Of a stretch of 64,000 bases of DNA, positions 12,001-26,682 are shown in pieces (within the stretch, counting starts at the first letter, position 1; each line of letters starts with the position of its first letter). The stretch covers positions 22,669,168 to 22,733,167 of the forward strand of contig OZ316892.1 in NCBI GenBank assembly GCA_973895155.1, read 5' to 3'. The notes beneath the pieces are model-generated. The model saw only the letters and a program-made list of their open reading frames with translations. It was not told the DNA's origin and made no database searches. Source of the DNA: Marsupella aquatica. Lineage: Eukaryota; Plantae; Marchantiophyta. Both the position numbers and the translations under genes were made by a program.

Positions 12001-15000
12001 CAGCAGCAGATGGTACCATATGGGGAGGCTATGGGAATGGAGTACTGACCCAATGGGATTGGGCAGGAAATAGAATACGGGATGCACCTAGTAGACCTGT
12101 GGGGGTGAAAAGCTTATGCGCAGTTGGGAATCGATTGTGGGTCGGCTATTCTGATGGGAAGTTGAGTGTTCTTTCTGGTGATACTGGTAAGACAGTGGGC
12201 AGCTGGCTCGCACATCGCCTTGCAGTGATCGACATGGCCGTATCTGGTGGCTACACCTTTTCCTTGGGACTGAGTGGATCTATCAGAGGTTGGAACATTT
12301 CGTCTCCTAACCGTGACCTGGATGAGGTCATGAAAGCAGCTATGACCAACAGAGCACACAGATACACTCGTCAAGAGAATCTACAAGTCCTGGTAGGTAC
12401 CTGGAATACTGCTCAAGAGAAAGCTTCGCTTCAATCTACTAAATTATGGCTTGCACCGGCAGCAGAGGCCAGTCTAGTGGCTGTTGGGCTTCAAGAGGTT
12501 GAGATGGGAGCAGGAGCCATTGGTATTGCTGCAGTGAAGGAAACTGTAAGTAATCCTCTCGTAGACTATTGTGATTAACATGTAGGTCTTGGTTTGCAGC
12601 GATTAATGCGCTTAAGCTGAATGTGGAATCATTTAAAACCTGCCTTTCGTGCAAAGGGCATTTGAAGACATGGGCAACGATACGTACAGACAGGCTTCTT
12701 CCAGTGTACATGGAATAGGCCGGATCCTGGGTTGTCGCAATAACTGACTGAGCACATGATCTGCCACAGGTGGGAATGGAGAAAGGTAGTGCAACCGGAC
12801 AATGGTGGCTCTCTCATGTTGATAATGTGTTGGGTGAAGAAAAAGAGTTTGAGCGATTGGGGTCACGCCAGCTAGCAGGAATGCTCATTGGAGTTTGGTG
12901 CGTGCTTTTCTTGACTTCCATGATTCCCACAATTAAGAAGACGAACAATGAAATTCAATATCATAAGAAGTTGTTATTCTGACTTGTAGAGGTAGTAAAA
13001 TTTGGAGATATCCTGTAGACTTTGTCGAGGTTCACTCATGCCTTTTCATGTACACAATATGGGTAAACTTTCTGAGAAGGCTTTTCTTGATGCTTCCTTT
13101 ACTTGCATCAAAGTAATGGAAGCAAATATTTCACACAAGTTGAAAGGAAACACATACCCTTTTTTCCAAGAGACGTAATATGGTACAGTTATTAGCTTCG
13201 AACGACATCTTGTCAGTCTGTTAGTCCTGGTTCGATTTCATCAATGGTATTGTGATTCTTTTGCAGGGTACGCAGAAAATTACTGCCCTATGTTGGGGAC
13301 GTCGAGGTTGGAGCTGTAGCGTGTGGCTTTGGACGTACCTTCGGGAACAAGGTAAGATCAATTTTTCTTTCCCATGAACTTTTACGGTAGGTTTTGTTGG
13401 TTATCGTGTACTGTAGTAGTGATGAATTGTTCTGCAGTTATGGTATCTATTCCTTGAATAGCCTTTTTATGGCATCTTGCTTCTTTCTATTTCGGTTGCA
13501 ATTTTCATTCGTAAGTTGTGCACTTCAGGATTGCTCTGTGGTTATCTGTATACTTGATCATAGATTTATTTGACAAGACGCTAGACTCGAGTGACTACGT
13601 AGGAAAATTATTGTACTTTTTACTTTTGTTCATATTTACGACCAACTGTCTAAAATCGAAAACCTGACAATCCAGAATTGTCAATGTTGAGGCGAGTTTT
13701 CTGTGCCTTATTCCCTTGTATGAATGCTGATATCCCTTCGTACTTTCTTTTTCACATTGAATGTGCTTGGATGTGCAGGGTGCTGTGGGTGTGAAGCTTA
13801 ACATATTTCGACGTACCATATGTGTTCTAACAAGTCACCTTGCAGCCCATATGGAGCAAACTTCCCGGCGTAATGCGGATTTCGAACACATTTACAGTCA
13901 GATGACCTTCAGTCGTATTGCACGAACAAACTCTGCCGCAGGTTGGTGTCGCAGAATGCTAGTTTCAACCCAAGTCAGTATGATTTGCTAAGAATTTGTC
14001 ATTCAACCATAATTTCTGTTGTGTAGTGATTTTGTGCATAAGTTTTCAATTTTAAAATGTTTCCGCCTCATGAGTACAAAGATGTATATTAGAGAAGCCT
14101 CGGAGATGACGAGATAGTGACCATTAACCTCCTTTGACACGGCGGGACCGCCCAGATGGTCAATCGCAGTGACAGTCGCGAAAAGAAGTATCTGGTTGAA
14201 ATCCGTATATTCAACCTCTCAGGGTTTTACGTTCATTCTATGGTTCCTCAGATTGATTTTGGGATTTGAGAGTTGCAACCTTACCGACATCGGATCCTTT
14301 CCACGTGGCAGGTGTTTCCAGTGCTGTACAAAATATGTTGCGTGGTGTGAATACCTCAAGACGCGTCTCAGTGACGTCAGATCAAAATTTTGTTGAAAGG
14401 GAGACAGCATTTAAGCCGGTATATGTTCTGTCAATTTGGTCCCCTTTTTCCAGTTATAGACAAATGCAAGACAGAAAATTAACATACTTTTCCTATGGTT
14501 ATTAGTCCGCAGTGAAGATTTGAGTTATGTCATTAATCATCCTTGTATCCATCATTGAAACATACTTCCATGTGAGGTGGTTCTGACGATTGATACCTCA
14601 TGGCAGGACTTGAAACCTGTTGATGAAGATGCAGGGTTACCCGAATTGGCAGATGCAGATTTACTCATCTGGACTGGGGATCTGAATTACCGTATCGACC
14701 TATCGTATGAAGATGTCATCAGTCTTATTAAGAAAGCTCAATGGGACACTCTTCTTTCAAGAGATCAATTAAGATTTGAGATGGCGAATGGACGAACATT
14801 TCAAGGTTTGCGAGAGGCTGCCATACGATTTTCACCAACGTACAAGTTTGACAAGTGGACGTCATGTGAGCTCTAAATCGCTATCCCGTGTGTTTGAAGT
14901 TTAATGCCTGCTGTCAAACCTAGAGATATAGTCCCGCATTCTGTTTGGGCAACTGTCCTGAAGTTCTGCCAGGTTATCTATGAATTTAGCAGTGTATATA

Positions 15001-16592
15001 ACTGTTGGGACCTTTTGTATAAGCGTTTTGATTCACTTGAGAAATGTATTCGAGTGAATTCTCTTAACTTTGGCTATTGGACGGGTTCTATATTTCCTTA
15101 TGACAACAAAGTTGTTCGAATGTGACTAAACCTAGATGGCGTTTGTAGATGTTCTTACTTAAAACACACAAAGCTCCCAACTAAGAAGAATCTATCTGAA
15201 AGTGCCTGTGCGGGGAATCTCTGCAGTTTATGATACGAGTGAAAAGAAAAGAATTCCTGCCTGGTGCGACAGAGTTCTTTTTCGGGACAGCTTTGGTAGC
15301 GGAAAAGATTCCACTGAGTCCAGCAAGCAGGGTCTCGTAAGGCCTTGTAAGGCATCTGTTGTCAGGTATGAAATTGCTTTGGAGATCTGTGAATGCGTCA
15401 ACATGTGCTTGTGTCTTCAAGCGAGCTAATTGTCGTATTCTAGCTGCTGCGGATTCAGCGCAAAAGTTAGGGATGTTATGTGTGACATCTTTAGTAGCTT
15501 TCTGCAACACTCAGCAAGCTTTCAGAGTCATTAGCAGTTGCATTATTATTTCGCTGACTTGATGGCTTTTTTTCTGGCAGGTACGAAGCATGTATGGAAC
15601 CAGAAGACAGCGACCACAAGCCAGTCCGCTGCATGCTTCGTGTGGATCTCTCTGTAACAGATGAGGCTGATCGTCGATACCAATATGGGCATATCATTCA
15701 TCATGACCCACAAGCCCAGTCATGTCTCTCTTTGTCTGGCGTTATCCCTGAGACATCTATTAGTACAAATATGTTGGTGCTAGAGGACAGTGCACCATCA
15801 GTACTGCGCCTAATTAACGGAGATAGACTGCATCGTGCCGTATATATTGTACAGTGTGAAGGTACATCATCCAGCGGCCCCTGTCCTTGTGGAAAACACA
15901 GTAATGTGGAGCGTACCTCTGGAGAGGATCAATATCCCAGGGGCGGGTTTGGCTTTCCACCTTGGCTACAGGTACTGTCCTTCATAGTTCAGGTAGTTTA
16001 GACATCACGTGTTCTGCTGAGTCAGCAACTTTCTCCTGCAGCTGCCGTGAGGATATCATCTAAAATTCACAAGCGTTTTGTCGGTCAATTCTACAAATGA
16101 ACATCCACGTTATGAAGGCTTCGAAGAGCAGCTACCATGCGAGAGTGATTATAACTTTCAGGCAGTTTCTTAGTCCGGTTTTGTTTTGGATCCTTGCAGT
16201 AAAAAGTGACTTGCTCTCAACCTAACAATTTTGGTTTTATATTATGAGCGCAGGTTGAACCAGCTGCTGGGGTTTTGGAACCATGCGCTTCTATATCGAT
16301 AAGCGCAAAATTTGGAATGAGACCAGAGGGTCGTGGTAAGAGTCAACCAGACAACGTCGTTGTCCTTGTGGTGAACGTGAAAGGAGCTCTTTCTTCAAAG
16401 TACAAGCAGCACAGGATATGTGTTAGTCGTGCGTCATCCAGTCAGATTCTTGCCAAGGAGAAAGAGGGATCACGGCGTCGTACGCAGGACCAGCAGCGGC
16501 GTCCATCATCTGCAGAGAGCGACTCGCAGGGATACGGGTCAAGACCAGGGCATGGGTCCTCAAGTTTTAATACCCCAGATCTTCTGCTATGA
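9061..16592 (+). CDS. Type II inositol polyphosphate 5-phosphatase with WD40 repeats (5PTase12/13/FRA3-like)
   Basis: WD40-type segments (VWTGHRDGKIRCW, LWAGSESG, LWVGYSDG) and 5-phosphatase motifs VGTWN, VGLQEVEMG, FGNKGAV, SHLAAH, WTGDLNYRI, PTYKFD, PAWCDRVL, SDHKPV. Phase-consistent exons 9061-10714, 11001-11244, 11732-12545, 12770-12897, 13267-13351, 13779-13941, 14312-14418, 14607-14865, 15227-15365, 15581-15971, 16254-16592. Start ATG at 9061 is inferred. Confidence 0.93.
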
Positions 16593-19500
16593 CATCTTTT
16601 GGAGGGTGCAATGGTTTTGTAAAAGACATCTCTTGATTAATGGGAGATGTTCTCCTCAGCTAAACTCGGGCATTATTGTGGTAGGCTGAGCCGTTTCTGC
16701 GCATGTGCTGTGTGGGAATCCTGGCGGGGCTTACGGGGGTTTGTTTCCGAATTTATGAAAACATCGCACAGCCCACACTTGTGGATGCCCGGGATGTGGA
16801 CTGGAAGCTTTCAGAACCCAGCATTCCATGGACCTCTGTTTCTTATTGCAAAGGCTGAAATGTGGTAAGTTGCAATTCATCAAACAAGTTGCTGCTGCCA
16901 ATTTCCCAGCCAGAGGTCTTGAGAAAGGGCTTGGCTTTCAGTGGGCTCCATAGTCCCAGATTCAATTTGAGTCGCCGCCCACTTTTGTGGCTCATGGGTT
17001 GGTTTTGGTAGTGTTCCACTGTATGGCAGAGCTGAAAGTGAAAGACATGGTGCAGGGTCATCTTACCAGCGATGCTGTTCAGACTATTGATTCCAGAAAT
17101 CTTAGAACTGAAGATGGGAGACAAGCAGAGAACATAACTAACGTGGCATCAGCATTTGTTTGGCTCTAATAATTTCATCTACATGTTGCTGTTCCAAAAC
17201 AGAAATATGATCTCGTCAATATTTATCAACAATTTATTATCTAGATGGTCTTTATTTTATCGAGGCTTTTCGACCATGTTTCTACGGAGGAAAGTCCCAG
17301 AGTGCAGCAATTCTGTGACAAGGGAACCGGACTCAATCTCGGTTATATTATTTGCCTATCAAGCAGTGGATCAAGCGCCATCCAACGACATGCTCTTGGC
17401 CGGGACTCATACAGAGAATGATATCGGGAGTTTGTTCCAAATTGAAATCCTTCTTCTTTGAAGGTTATTTGTAAGGACGCAGAGAAAGTGGTGGACAATC
17501 AAATTCGTAGGATGTAATTTACTTTAAATTTGGTGATTCAAAGCTGCAGAATCTCATCCATATTTATTTCGTGGAGGGGATGATCAGTTATTACGTCTGC
17601 CCCACACTGTAACTCGAGAGCAGTGAAGATTTCCACTTCAGGTGAACCCAATCTCTTTGGATTGTTCAATTGTTTTCAAATCTATTCTATCCTGAATTAG
17701 AATGTTTGGCCTGCATATCAATGGATGACACTACGAGAGGTATTTCCTAATATGTTGAAGCCTTGCTTTGAACAGCTTGAAGTGGATTTCCTCTAAAAAG
17801 GCGTTCTTATAAAACGACATGCAAGTAGTGGAAGAGAATTGGAAACTTGAAGTCCAACAAAATGGAAGATGGAGCATCTGCAAAAGAACTGCCAATTATG
17901 GTTTACCGTTCTCCCAACTCAGAAATGTCCTCAGAGCAAATCAGATATATGTGGGATGCAAAGGATTTGATCTTGGATTTATATATGTGACATTCTTTTT
18001 TATGCACGAACATTACCTTTACAATAGGGATGCACTTAGCCGGACTCGTTGCACGTCGATGACACGGTTGTTGTTTCTTGTCGTGGATGTGATGGAAATA
18101 AATGTCCTCTGCCCGTAAAGTTGGGCCACTTGTCTTCCGTGGGTAGCAATTCTTGGCTCTTGGCATCTAGCAATATACTGGTCAGATGAGCCTGTCCTTG
18201 GAAAGTATTGTGAGCTGTTGAAGATGAAGCCAATTGGGCGACCGAAGAGATTTGGTGTGAATGTTTTAACGCGATTCTTCTCTAATGAACGTCAGTTTTT
18301 CCTTCACTGACTTTACTCAACTCCATGACGCATTTGGACGGCATAGAGAAGTTTTCCCAAACCAAGTTCAGGAGTGATTACCGGTAAGTGATCAATATTC
18401 TCTTTCCTTTCTGCAAGTCAGAACTACCTTTTGGATTCGACCATCTTTTGATGCTCTTCTAAGCGACGTTTGAAGTGAGACATATGATAGGTGACATGAA
18501 CTACAGCTAGTTTAGTTAAACCTGTAGCCATTGTCACTGGAGTGCTGCCAGAGTTCAAAAATGAAAAAAAAAGTTGATGTACCACACTGTTTACCCTTGT
18601 CATGAGTTGGTGCCGTCGATCCCATTCGTTTGTGGAAACGAGAGCAGTACTGGGATCATGTAGATGGTTACATGAGTTTCAGATTTGTGCACGTAACCAT
18701 GCTTTATTCTGTCTTTTAGACCTGTTTAGGAATGTCAGTTTATTGACATACTGGACTCCCGCTTTCCCTCATTTTCGCCAAGGGCTTTGTAAATGCCCTT
18801 ATTGTAAAATGGCGTCAATGATGAGATATAGCAGTGGTACAGTACATATAGCTAGGTTGCCTATACTCCTGAATTTAGCCCCCATTGTATTCCTAGAGAG
18901 ACTTACAACGGTAGGTGGCATGCCTGCCGAGTAACCTCAGGTAATTGAACTCCCAAACTTTGTCATAGCTGATAGAATTTCAATGAAGGTCGTCACGATG
19001 TAAACATATATGGGCTCCAGGCAGACTTGAAGTGCTCATTGGCACAACTCACTTCTCATATTGCAACAGAATTTCGAGGAAATCTGGTTATATGCACGAA
19101 TTGATAAGGATGATGCACTGCTGGAAGTTTAGATGATGTGCGTTCCATGTCACAAATTGCCAAGTGACGACTCTGGAGAGAGGAAATCTCCTATTACTTG
19201 ATTATATTAGTCACCAAGATAATATGATAAGCTCACTCAGTAGTACATCCTTCCACAGAGGCTTTGATCTAGGACTAACATCCTGACCCTGCTGTATGGA
19301 TAACCCACCTGACCTGCTTCAGCAGTGCAATTTTTAATAGACTGAACAGCTAAAACTTTTTCTTTTTGTTTGAAATTGGTCGTTTTAGTGTCTTCCATGT
19401 TGCAGGAGTACCCTCTAACTTGACATTAAAGTCCAATTGCCTCTTTCTAATAAGCTTCCGTTTACTAGGAGTTTCGAACCCTATACTGTCCACCCCCAAT

Positions 19501-21569
19501 CAAGCCCTCAAACCCCAGTCAAGCGCCTCAACAACAATGCTAAACTATGGTTCACTAAGTGTATTCAACTTTATTCAGATTTCTGTGATACTATATCCGG
19601 GGCCTATGATGCAAGGTGGAGACCTTGTTTAAGACTCTCCTTTAGTACTACATTGCAAGAACACTGGTTGCAGGCTGCATACATGCAAGATAGCTCCAAG
19701 GACTGACCTCCGCATCCCAAGCCAAAGCTACCACCATTTTGCTACACTCAAATCTATGCTAACCAGGCCCATGACCAAAGGTTTGTGATCACAGTGAACT
19801 GAACACTATGTATTCTTGTTTTGACCATAGTTACTGCCCTATGGTGAATCCACTTTTCATATTTTGTTCTAATATTTGGTTTTAATGTGTCTTAACAAAA
19901 TGAATCTTTTGTATTAATTTAATTTTGAATTAATTTTTGAACCCTTTTAATTTTAGTGAACTTAGTATTTTGAATGTTGCTCTTCTCACAAATGTTTAGT
20001 TTTTCATTTTCAATCACTCCTTTTGAATTCTTTTTTTTTCTTTTCTGAGAGTGAGTGAAATGAATTTGAGCAATGTGCACATCTTGTGTAATGAGTTACT
20101 CTTGTGATTACTTTTACAAAATTTAGTGTTTTAATTGAGTTTATTATCATTATCTAAAAGCAAGTGAAAATAATATGTGCATAATTTTTTAATATCTTTG
20201 TAATTTTTTGATCATAATATACTTTTTTTTGCATGTGTATTTATGATTTTGTATGTATATTTTTCACTTTTAATTAACATATATTAATTTATTGACTTAT
20301 ATTTTACATATATTTACTTTTTTTATCATAAAATAAATTGCATATCAGTACAAGACCAAAAAAGAAGCATGTTCCAAGATGAACATGCTATATGCTTAGG
20401 ATCTGTATATTTTATTTACTCTCAAACCTTCTCCCAAAGTGGGTCAAACTATATTCCTTGTTCCATATCTCCATCATTCTCCCAACTACTTATAGCCTTT
20501 AAAAAGAAAATAATAAATTAATAAATTTTATTCAAACATAATCAATATCATACTGCATCTTAATGTTTAATTTGTATCAAAGAAGAACGTAAACATCATT
20601 TTCACTATCATAGTTATTTAGATGAGTAATTAATTCATATTTTTAATCTAAAAAACATCATATCTACCTTAATTAATATTAAAACATTGTCCATTCTAAT
20701 CATAGGTTTTTGAGAAATCTTTCTTTGAACATTTTCTCATGAACACACACTTTACATCTTCCATCTTAATCATAGAATTGTTTTTTAAAATTTACAATTG
20801 TACTGAATAAATTTAATGTGATTTATAGAATTCTAGTGTTTCTTAATTAACATATAATTATTTTAGTGTTTTAAAAATATACATTTTTAACATATCTCAT
20901 GCAGATTGAAAATGATGTTCTCATGAACCACAACATTGGTGAATTGAAACTCCCATGGACCATAGTTCCTAAAATTTGAGTTTAATTGTAATAACTTTAT
21001 GTTCATAAATTCAAATATTTTTAGTTTTGAGTATGTGCTAGTGGAGTACGTAAGCTACTCTTCCATCGAAGTGACATGAATTTTTGGTCATTTTGATTGA
21101 ATTATTAATCATGTAAGAGGGGTAAATTCTAGTAGATTCATTTCTATTATGTTAATATAAAATATTATTGTGTTTTTTTCTGCCTACTCCTCCTTTTCTA
21201 GTTGCTTTGCAGATGAAAAACTAAAAATTGATATAAGACTCATAATCATCCAATATTTAAAATTCATTATATATCCAAGCTTAACTTTTCATTCAAATAA
21301 GATACAATGATATGATTCTCACTCTAATCCTAGCTATGTTAAGAAATCAAATTTTCTGATATATTTTATTGAAATACAGTAAAATTATATTTTCATTCCA
21401 CCGAGCATGTTCAAATGCTATATTCTTAAGGACAACCCTACAGATTCTGTCACTAGTGGACAACGTGGCTGGTGTGGCTCTCATCTGTTTCATAATGGGC
21501 TTGCCCATATCTGCCCTCAAGAAATTACTCATTAGTTACAAACTAAGTGTGTGCCAAATACTCATAAAA

Positions 21570-21903
21570 GGTTCATTTTCTTTTGTCTTGAACAGAAATG
21601 GGGAAGAACAGTGACTAGTCTCTCCCCACCCCAATAGTGACACTTTCTTTGTAGGGAACCCAAAACAGGGTGAGCCCCCACTGATCCGACAGGGACCCCC
21701 GCACCAGGAGGGAGAGAGGATTAAAGCATGGCCACAAACTGGACAATCAAGGGCCGAGTAGATTGTCACAACTCCCATCCAGTACACACAAAACCCATCA
21801 AACCACACACATATACCCTCCACACCCCTATGTGTGGAGGGGGGATTGAACCTGGGACCTTTCAGATCCAGGCTCATCCCCTCACCAACTGACCTAGGCC
21901 ACT
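21570..21903 (-). mobile_element. tRNA-derived SINE candidate
   Basis: Minus strand starts GTGGCCTAGGTCAGTTGGTGAGG (A-box-like TAGGTCAGTTGGT, 21884-21896), followed ~30 nt later by B-box GGTTCAATCCC (21842-21852), a ~250-bp GC-richer body and an A-rich end (AAGACAAAAGAAAA). No clear TSD; left boundary approximate. Confidence 0.65.
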
Positions 21904-22570
21904 TCATGAATTAAAACCTTTATGCCAAAATGGCTCCGGAAGCTGGAGAAAGGTTGAAGGAAGCTCACATAGGATTTCAATCCCAACCATTAGAGTTGTC
22001 TTGTATTTACCGGTCTCCTTGACTTGCTGCCTCAAACCTAAGTTCTGGTAATGTCTTACTTAAGGAGGGAATTGCCCTTGCAGTCCCAGATTTCGAAAAA
22101 CAAAGACAAGATAATCCTGTGTCTTGCACTCCACGCTTTATCATGAAAATTTGATTTGAACCCTTTCCCTTTTTATGGGATTTGAGTAGATTGTAGTGTG
22201 TCTAGTGGAGATTTCAAGTGGGGTGGTGTGTTATGCTCATGTGATGACACCCAATCTATGTTGAAAATTGGAAGTATAAGTGGCTTTTGTTATGCATATC
22301 ATGCATGATATAACAATAATTTAGTGCATTGTTTCTATTGTGTCTCTACCAAGTTTTGCTGGTAATGTCAAATTATCATCTGGAACCTGGCCATTTAGTT
22401 TTGCAACTAAAATGGCCTTAGAAGGAGAATCTGGTGATTGTGTGAAGTTTCTTGTAGTTGATTTGAAACCAACAATGGTTCTTAGGTCTCATATCCCAAA
22501 ATTCCGAATAAAAATGTAGCCTGAAGTAACACTGATGCGCCGTTTGAGAGTGATTTCTAAACTCACATGT

Positions 22571-22691
22571 GAGGTATTTGCTTGATGGGACCCCAAAATA
22601 AAAAGTGTTATTTGAAAGGATTCCTGAGTGATCCGGACCGTTGATTGACCTTGATAGACCACTCCAAGGGGTGGCATCTTCTGCAATCTTC
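22571..22691. mobile_element. Degenerate MITE family A copy
   Basis: GAGGTATTTGCTTGATGGGACCCCAAAATAAAAAGTGTTATTTGAAAGGATTCCTGAGTGAT..TTGATTGAC matches the left ~80 bp of 7392-7551; right TIR decayed. Confidence 0.65.
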
Positions 22692-24318
22692 ACTCCACCA
22701 ATGGTATCTTCACTTGGATGACACCCATGTAGAGTTAGCGGGCTTCACTATACGCACGAAGAGCATGTTAGGGCCCCATCAGAGCTCAAAGGTTTGAAAA
22801 GATATTCTGTCCAAGCTTACAACTCTAGAATAAGACCTTGCAGCATAATTATTCAAAAAGACAAAGCTACAACACGGTGTAAAGCCACCATGGGAAGATT
22901 CCCAAAAGCAAAAGCGCACAAAATCTGTCTGGAAATCTTTCGCACATGGGCTCAGTTTAAGAGACCAACCCAAAATAAAATGCTATTTAAAGTGAAATTT
23001 TCAACTTTCAGGTGGCACCAACAATCAATGTTTATGATTGGGGTGGAGGGTCCACGTCTCAAACTTTAGAATAATAGTTTGTGATTGGGCATCTATACAG
23101 AAGGCTTAAAGTTGGCTACAGCTTGGCAACGTTGAGTGTTCAATGACCCAGTCATGTAATATGTAATGTAACTTTATAATATTATGCTGGGCTTCGGGTT
23201 GATGTCAACATTTCAAAACAAAATATAGAAATTGAAAAGGACAAGAGAAAAGTGGAGTGGCAAACTATTGTAATCTGTCTTTTCCGTCCATGCATTTGGC
23301 CAGCCCCAAAATTAGGCGCATTCCCTTGTACATCGTAGTGCAATCCAGGTTTACACTATAAATAACCGTGGACTTGTTGACACAGTAGTAAAACAGGACA
23401 ACAATCTTTTGCGGTTGCATTATTTACTGGAATTAAAATCAGTATATATTTTGTGCTGGTCATGTACACAGTGTATTCGGGCCTGCCTTTTGCATAAGGA
23501 ATTCACCTACCATCTCACACCATGTGACACCCATTGATGCAGTGTTTTCTCTAGATGGATAACTCAGTTTGAAAATTAATCCCAAGGCTAATTAATACAT
23601 GGTCGTGGACATCAAGCAAGTTGCCCACGGACTGTCTGCCAACAACAATCAAATGCGATATATTAGGACGTCTCAAACATTGAGGTCAGTAAGGAAAACC
23701 TGGCCCTAAAGTACCAGTTTAGGTCTCCAGTCATGAGTCTGAGGACAAGCTTTTTTGTGTCTGTCTCTTTATTCTGGGAAAAAGTCTTTAATCCAGAGAC
23801 AACACAAGATTCGAGACTCCCTATTGAACCAAGTGTACCCATATAGTGCATGCTTGCATTCTTTACCAAGTGTACGCATATAGTGCATGCTTGCATTCGT
23901 TCAGTCCTGAAATGTGTCTTTCAGTCATGGCAGTGGCTCTGAACTGTACACCCCCCTTTGCAAAAAGTTTCTTGGGGAACAAGAGGAGAGTGTTATTAAC
24001 TTTTACCAGGACCATGGTCCCTACTAGAGTCCCTACCATAGCAAACTACAGTAAGGTCCAAATGCTCCAAGTCTGCTGACCCTGTTCTGTTGCCCGCTGC
24101 CCGCCAGCATTCGTTGTTGGGGTAGGTAGCTTTAAGCCCAGCCGTGCATCAGCGGTCAGTCATGCGGACCGTACTATGATGCTTGTAATCCTGTCGGGCA
24201 CATTATTTTGTGACCCACAAATTTTCTTTCAGAAACAGAGATTCAGAAACCGAGAAAAGGTTTCCCCCTTCTTGGTATTAGGGGAGTTACACGGACCCTT
24301 TTTGGACCCATGTGAGCT

Positions 24319-24470
24319 TTATATATTTACTAGATGGACACCAAAGTTTGCACCCCACCTGAGCCTTGAGGTTTTTGAATATGTTGTGTAAGGTCTATTG
24401 ACTGTCTGGATTACCCATGGGGTCCATCAAATAACACTTTTCATTTTAGGGTCTATCAAGTAAATGTTTC
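24319..24470. mobile_element. MITE family A copy, 10-bp TSD
   Basis: Right end GGGGTCCATCAAATAACACTTTTCATTTTAGGGTCTATCAAGTAAATGTTTC; TSD CATGTGAGCT (24309-24318) / AATGTGAGCT (24471-24480). Confidence 0.75.
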
Positions 24471-26682
24471 AATGTGAGCTCGATGAAGGGACTATCTTAA
24501 ACTTAACAAGGATTATACTGTTGCAGCGTATACAAGAGCAAAACATGAGGGTATGAAGTTCATTAATATCATAGAACTTTGTTTTGCTCCAAAGCAACAA
24601 ACCTACAATGTCTACTACCTCTACATATTAATTTTAAAATTTCCACCATAATAATATGTTTTACAATCTAGAAAAAATTCCATGTTTTGTTTATTTATAT
24701 GGAATTATTTGGAAAAGAAGATTATTTGTTAAGCTCAAATAAAGGCACAAACCCCAGTGTTGGATGTGGGAGTGCAACTCAAACTGCAAACTGGTCCAAG
24801 CTCACATTGGGAGTACAAACCCATCAATCTCTTTGGAGAATGGTTGCTTTATGTGGAAAATGTGGAGGTAGAGTGACAGACTTGCAATGCTGAACCCTTA
24901 TATCATTTATACCCCAGAGAATTTAGGGGCTGAGCAGCCAAGGATGCTTCTTGGTTGTTGTTTTGTTGCCATGGACTTTCTTTAGGACGCCATCTTGTAA
25001 CAAAGGATGGCCTAGTAAATTGTATGACAGCACTGTCTACTAAAATTTGTTCTCACATAGGTTGAGATAAGGTAAGTAGTAGAACGACAACTGATGCCAC
25101 AAACACCAGGAAAACAGTGTGCAACACTTACAAGGCACTTTACAGTCAAAAGTGTCAAAAGTTTCTATGGGAGATTATTTGGAAGTTCCTAGAGAGTCCA
25201 TCCAAGCTTCACAAACAACCTATAAGTCCATCCGAGCTTAAGGTTATGGGGGTAGAAAATGAGGTACGTTTTTATTTTTGATTTCTGTGAAAAACGACGA
25301 TATGGTAACTTTATTAAAAAGTAGTAAACCCCTCTATCCTTAGGTCAGAGAAATATTGGGTGGATGCCCGGTGTTTAACCCACACTGTGAGTACTTTATC
25401 TCTCACCTTTCTCTCCAGTGTCCACCTGGCACCGTTGCCCGAGGCAACAGAATAACTCGCCAATCCATTCCGGGCAGCTTGATTGTTACTGTATCCCGGG
25501 ACCCGAAAAAAGGTCGTTGGGCAGGTTCGGCACTTTTCGAAATTAAAACGGTTTTTAAAAATTACTACGGACCGACTCTGTCCCACAGATCACAGATCGA
25601 CTAGATTCGATTCGACGGGCTGCCCGAGACAATCCAATGCAGCCCCAAAAGTACGGTAAAGCGGTACAGTAGTGTGCCGTAAGGTGCCCACTACGCGACA
25701 AGAAGACATGGTGGGCGTCATTAAGTGAGCCCAGAAGGGACGGTTAAAGCGAGCCAGGGGTGGAGATGCCTTATTGAAAGGACAAGCAAATACGTGCGCA
25801 AACGACAAACGTACAGGGCTGCTCGATGGCGTGGGCTGCAGTGCTGTTATTATTACGTTTCTTTCTTCCCTTTTTCTTCCGGGGATCAAGTATTCATTCT
25901 GCAGCGACTCGTGCGCTTTTATTATTTGCTGCCCGCACCATATTTCCATTTCATGTTCATCTCCGTGAATGTCTCCTAGATTCCGTTCCATTTCTCGCTG
26001 CCCGCCACTCCACTCCACTCCACTCCACACTTCTTTTCTTTTTAACTCCTCTCCGTCCCGTCCCGTCCCGTTCCGGTCCGGTCAGCGATGAGTTTGCTCA
26101 TACTAAAAAAGTGCTTGCCTGCGTGAGTTAATGCCCGCGGGCAGCCTAGTTCCAGCAGCCCGTACTCGACTACTCGACTACTCGAAATTAATGTGTTAAC
26201 GTAATCCCAGGAAAAGGAAACAGAACGAAAATAAAAAATGTAATCCCAGCCTAGCCTAGCCCCATCTAAAAGAATTTATTAGTGCATATATATATAATTT
26301 CATTGCGTTGGAATGAGGAATGGGAGTACGGATGTACAGTAAGGGCCCCTAGTATTACATCACCAACCAGCACTTTTTCACAGAATGCATTTTCCTATAA
26401 CTGCACAAGATATCATTTATGTACTTATCACTCGAGTGAAATTATATAATGTGCTCATGAGAAACTTCCAAATACTTATCTAGGGGATGAACTATGTCAT
26501 AAGTGGGCATATCATTTATTTTATGCACTTATTCATATGGGAATGGTATGCCTTATCTAATAAATTCATGTGAAATCAGCAAGCACTTATTCAAGGACTG
26601 CAGTGTGCTATAAGTGCATAGTATATAATTAATGCACTTATTCATATGTGTATGGTGTGCTCCATCTAATAAATTCATAAGA

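Noticed and set aside
19430-19790. Possible L1 ORF2 3' remnant
   Set aside because: Only a vague resemblance after assuming several frameshifts; cannot be supported without a search.
19850-21350. Very AT-rich 1.5-kb block as a Helitron or S/MAR
   Set aside because: No termini, hairpin-CTAG end or TSD identified.
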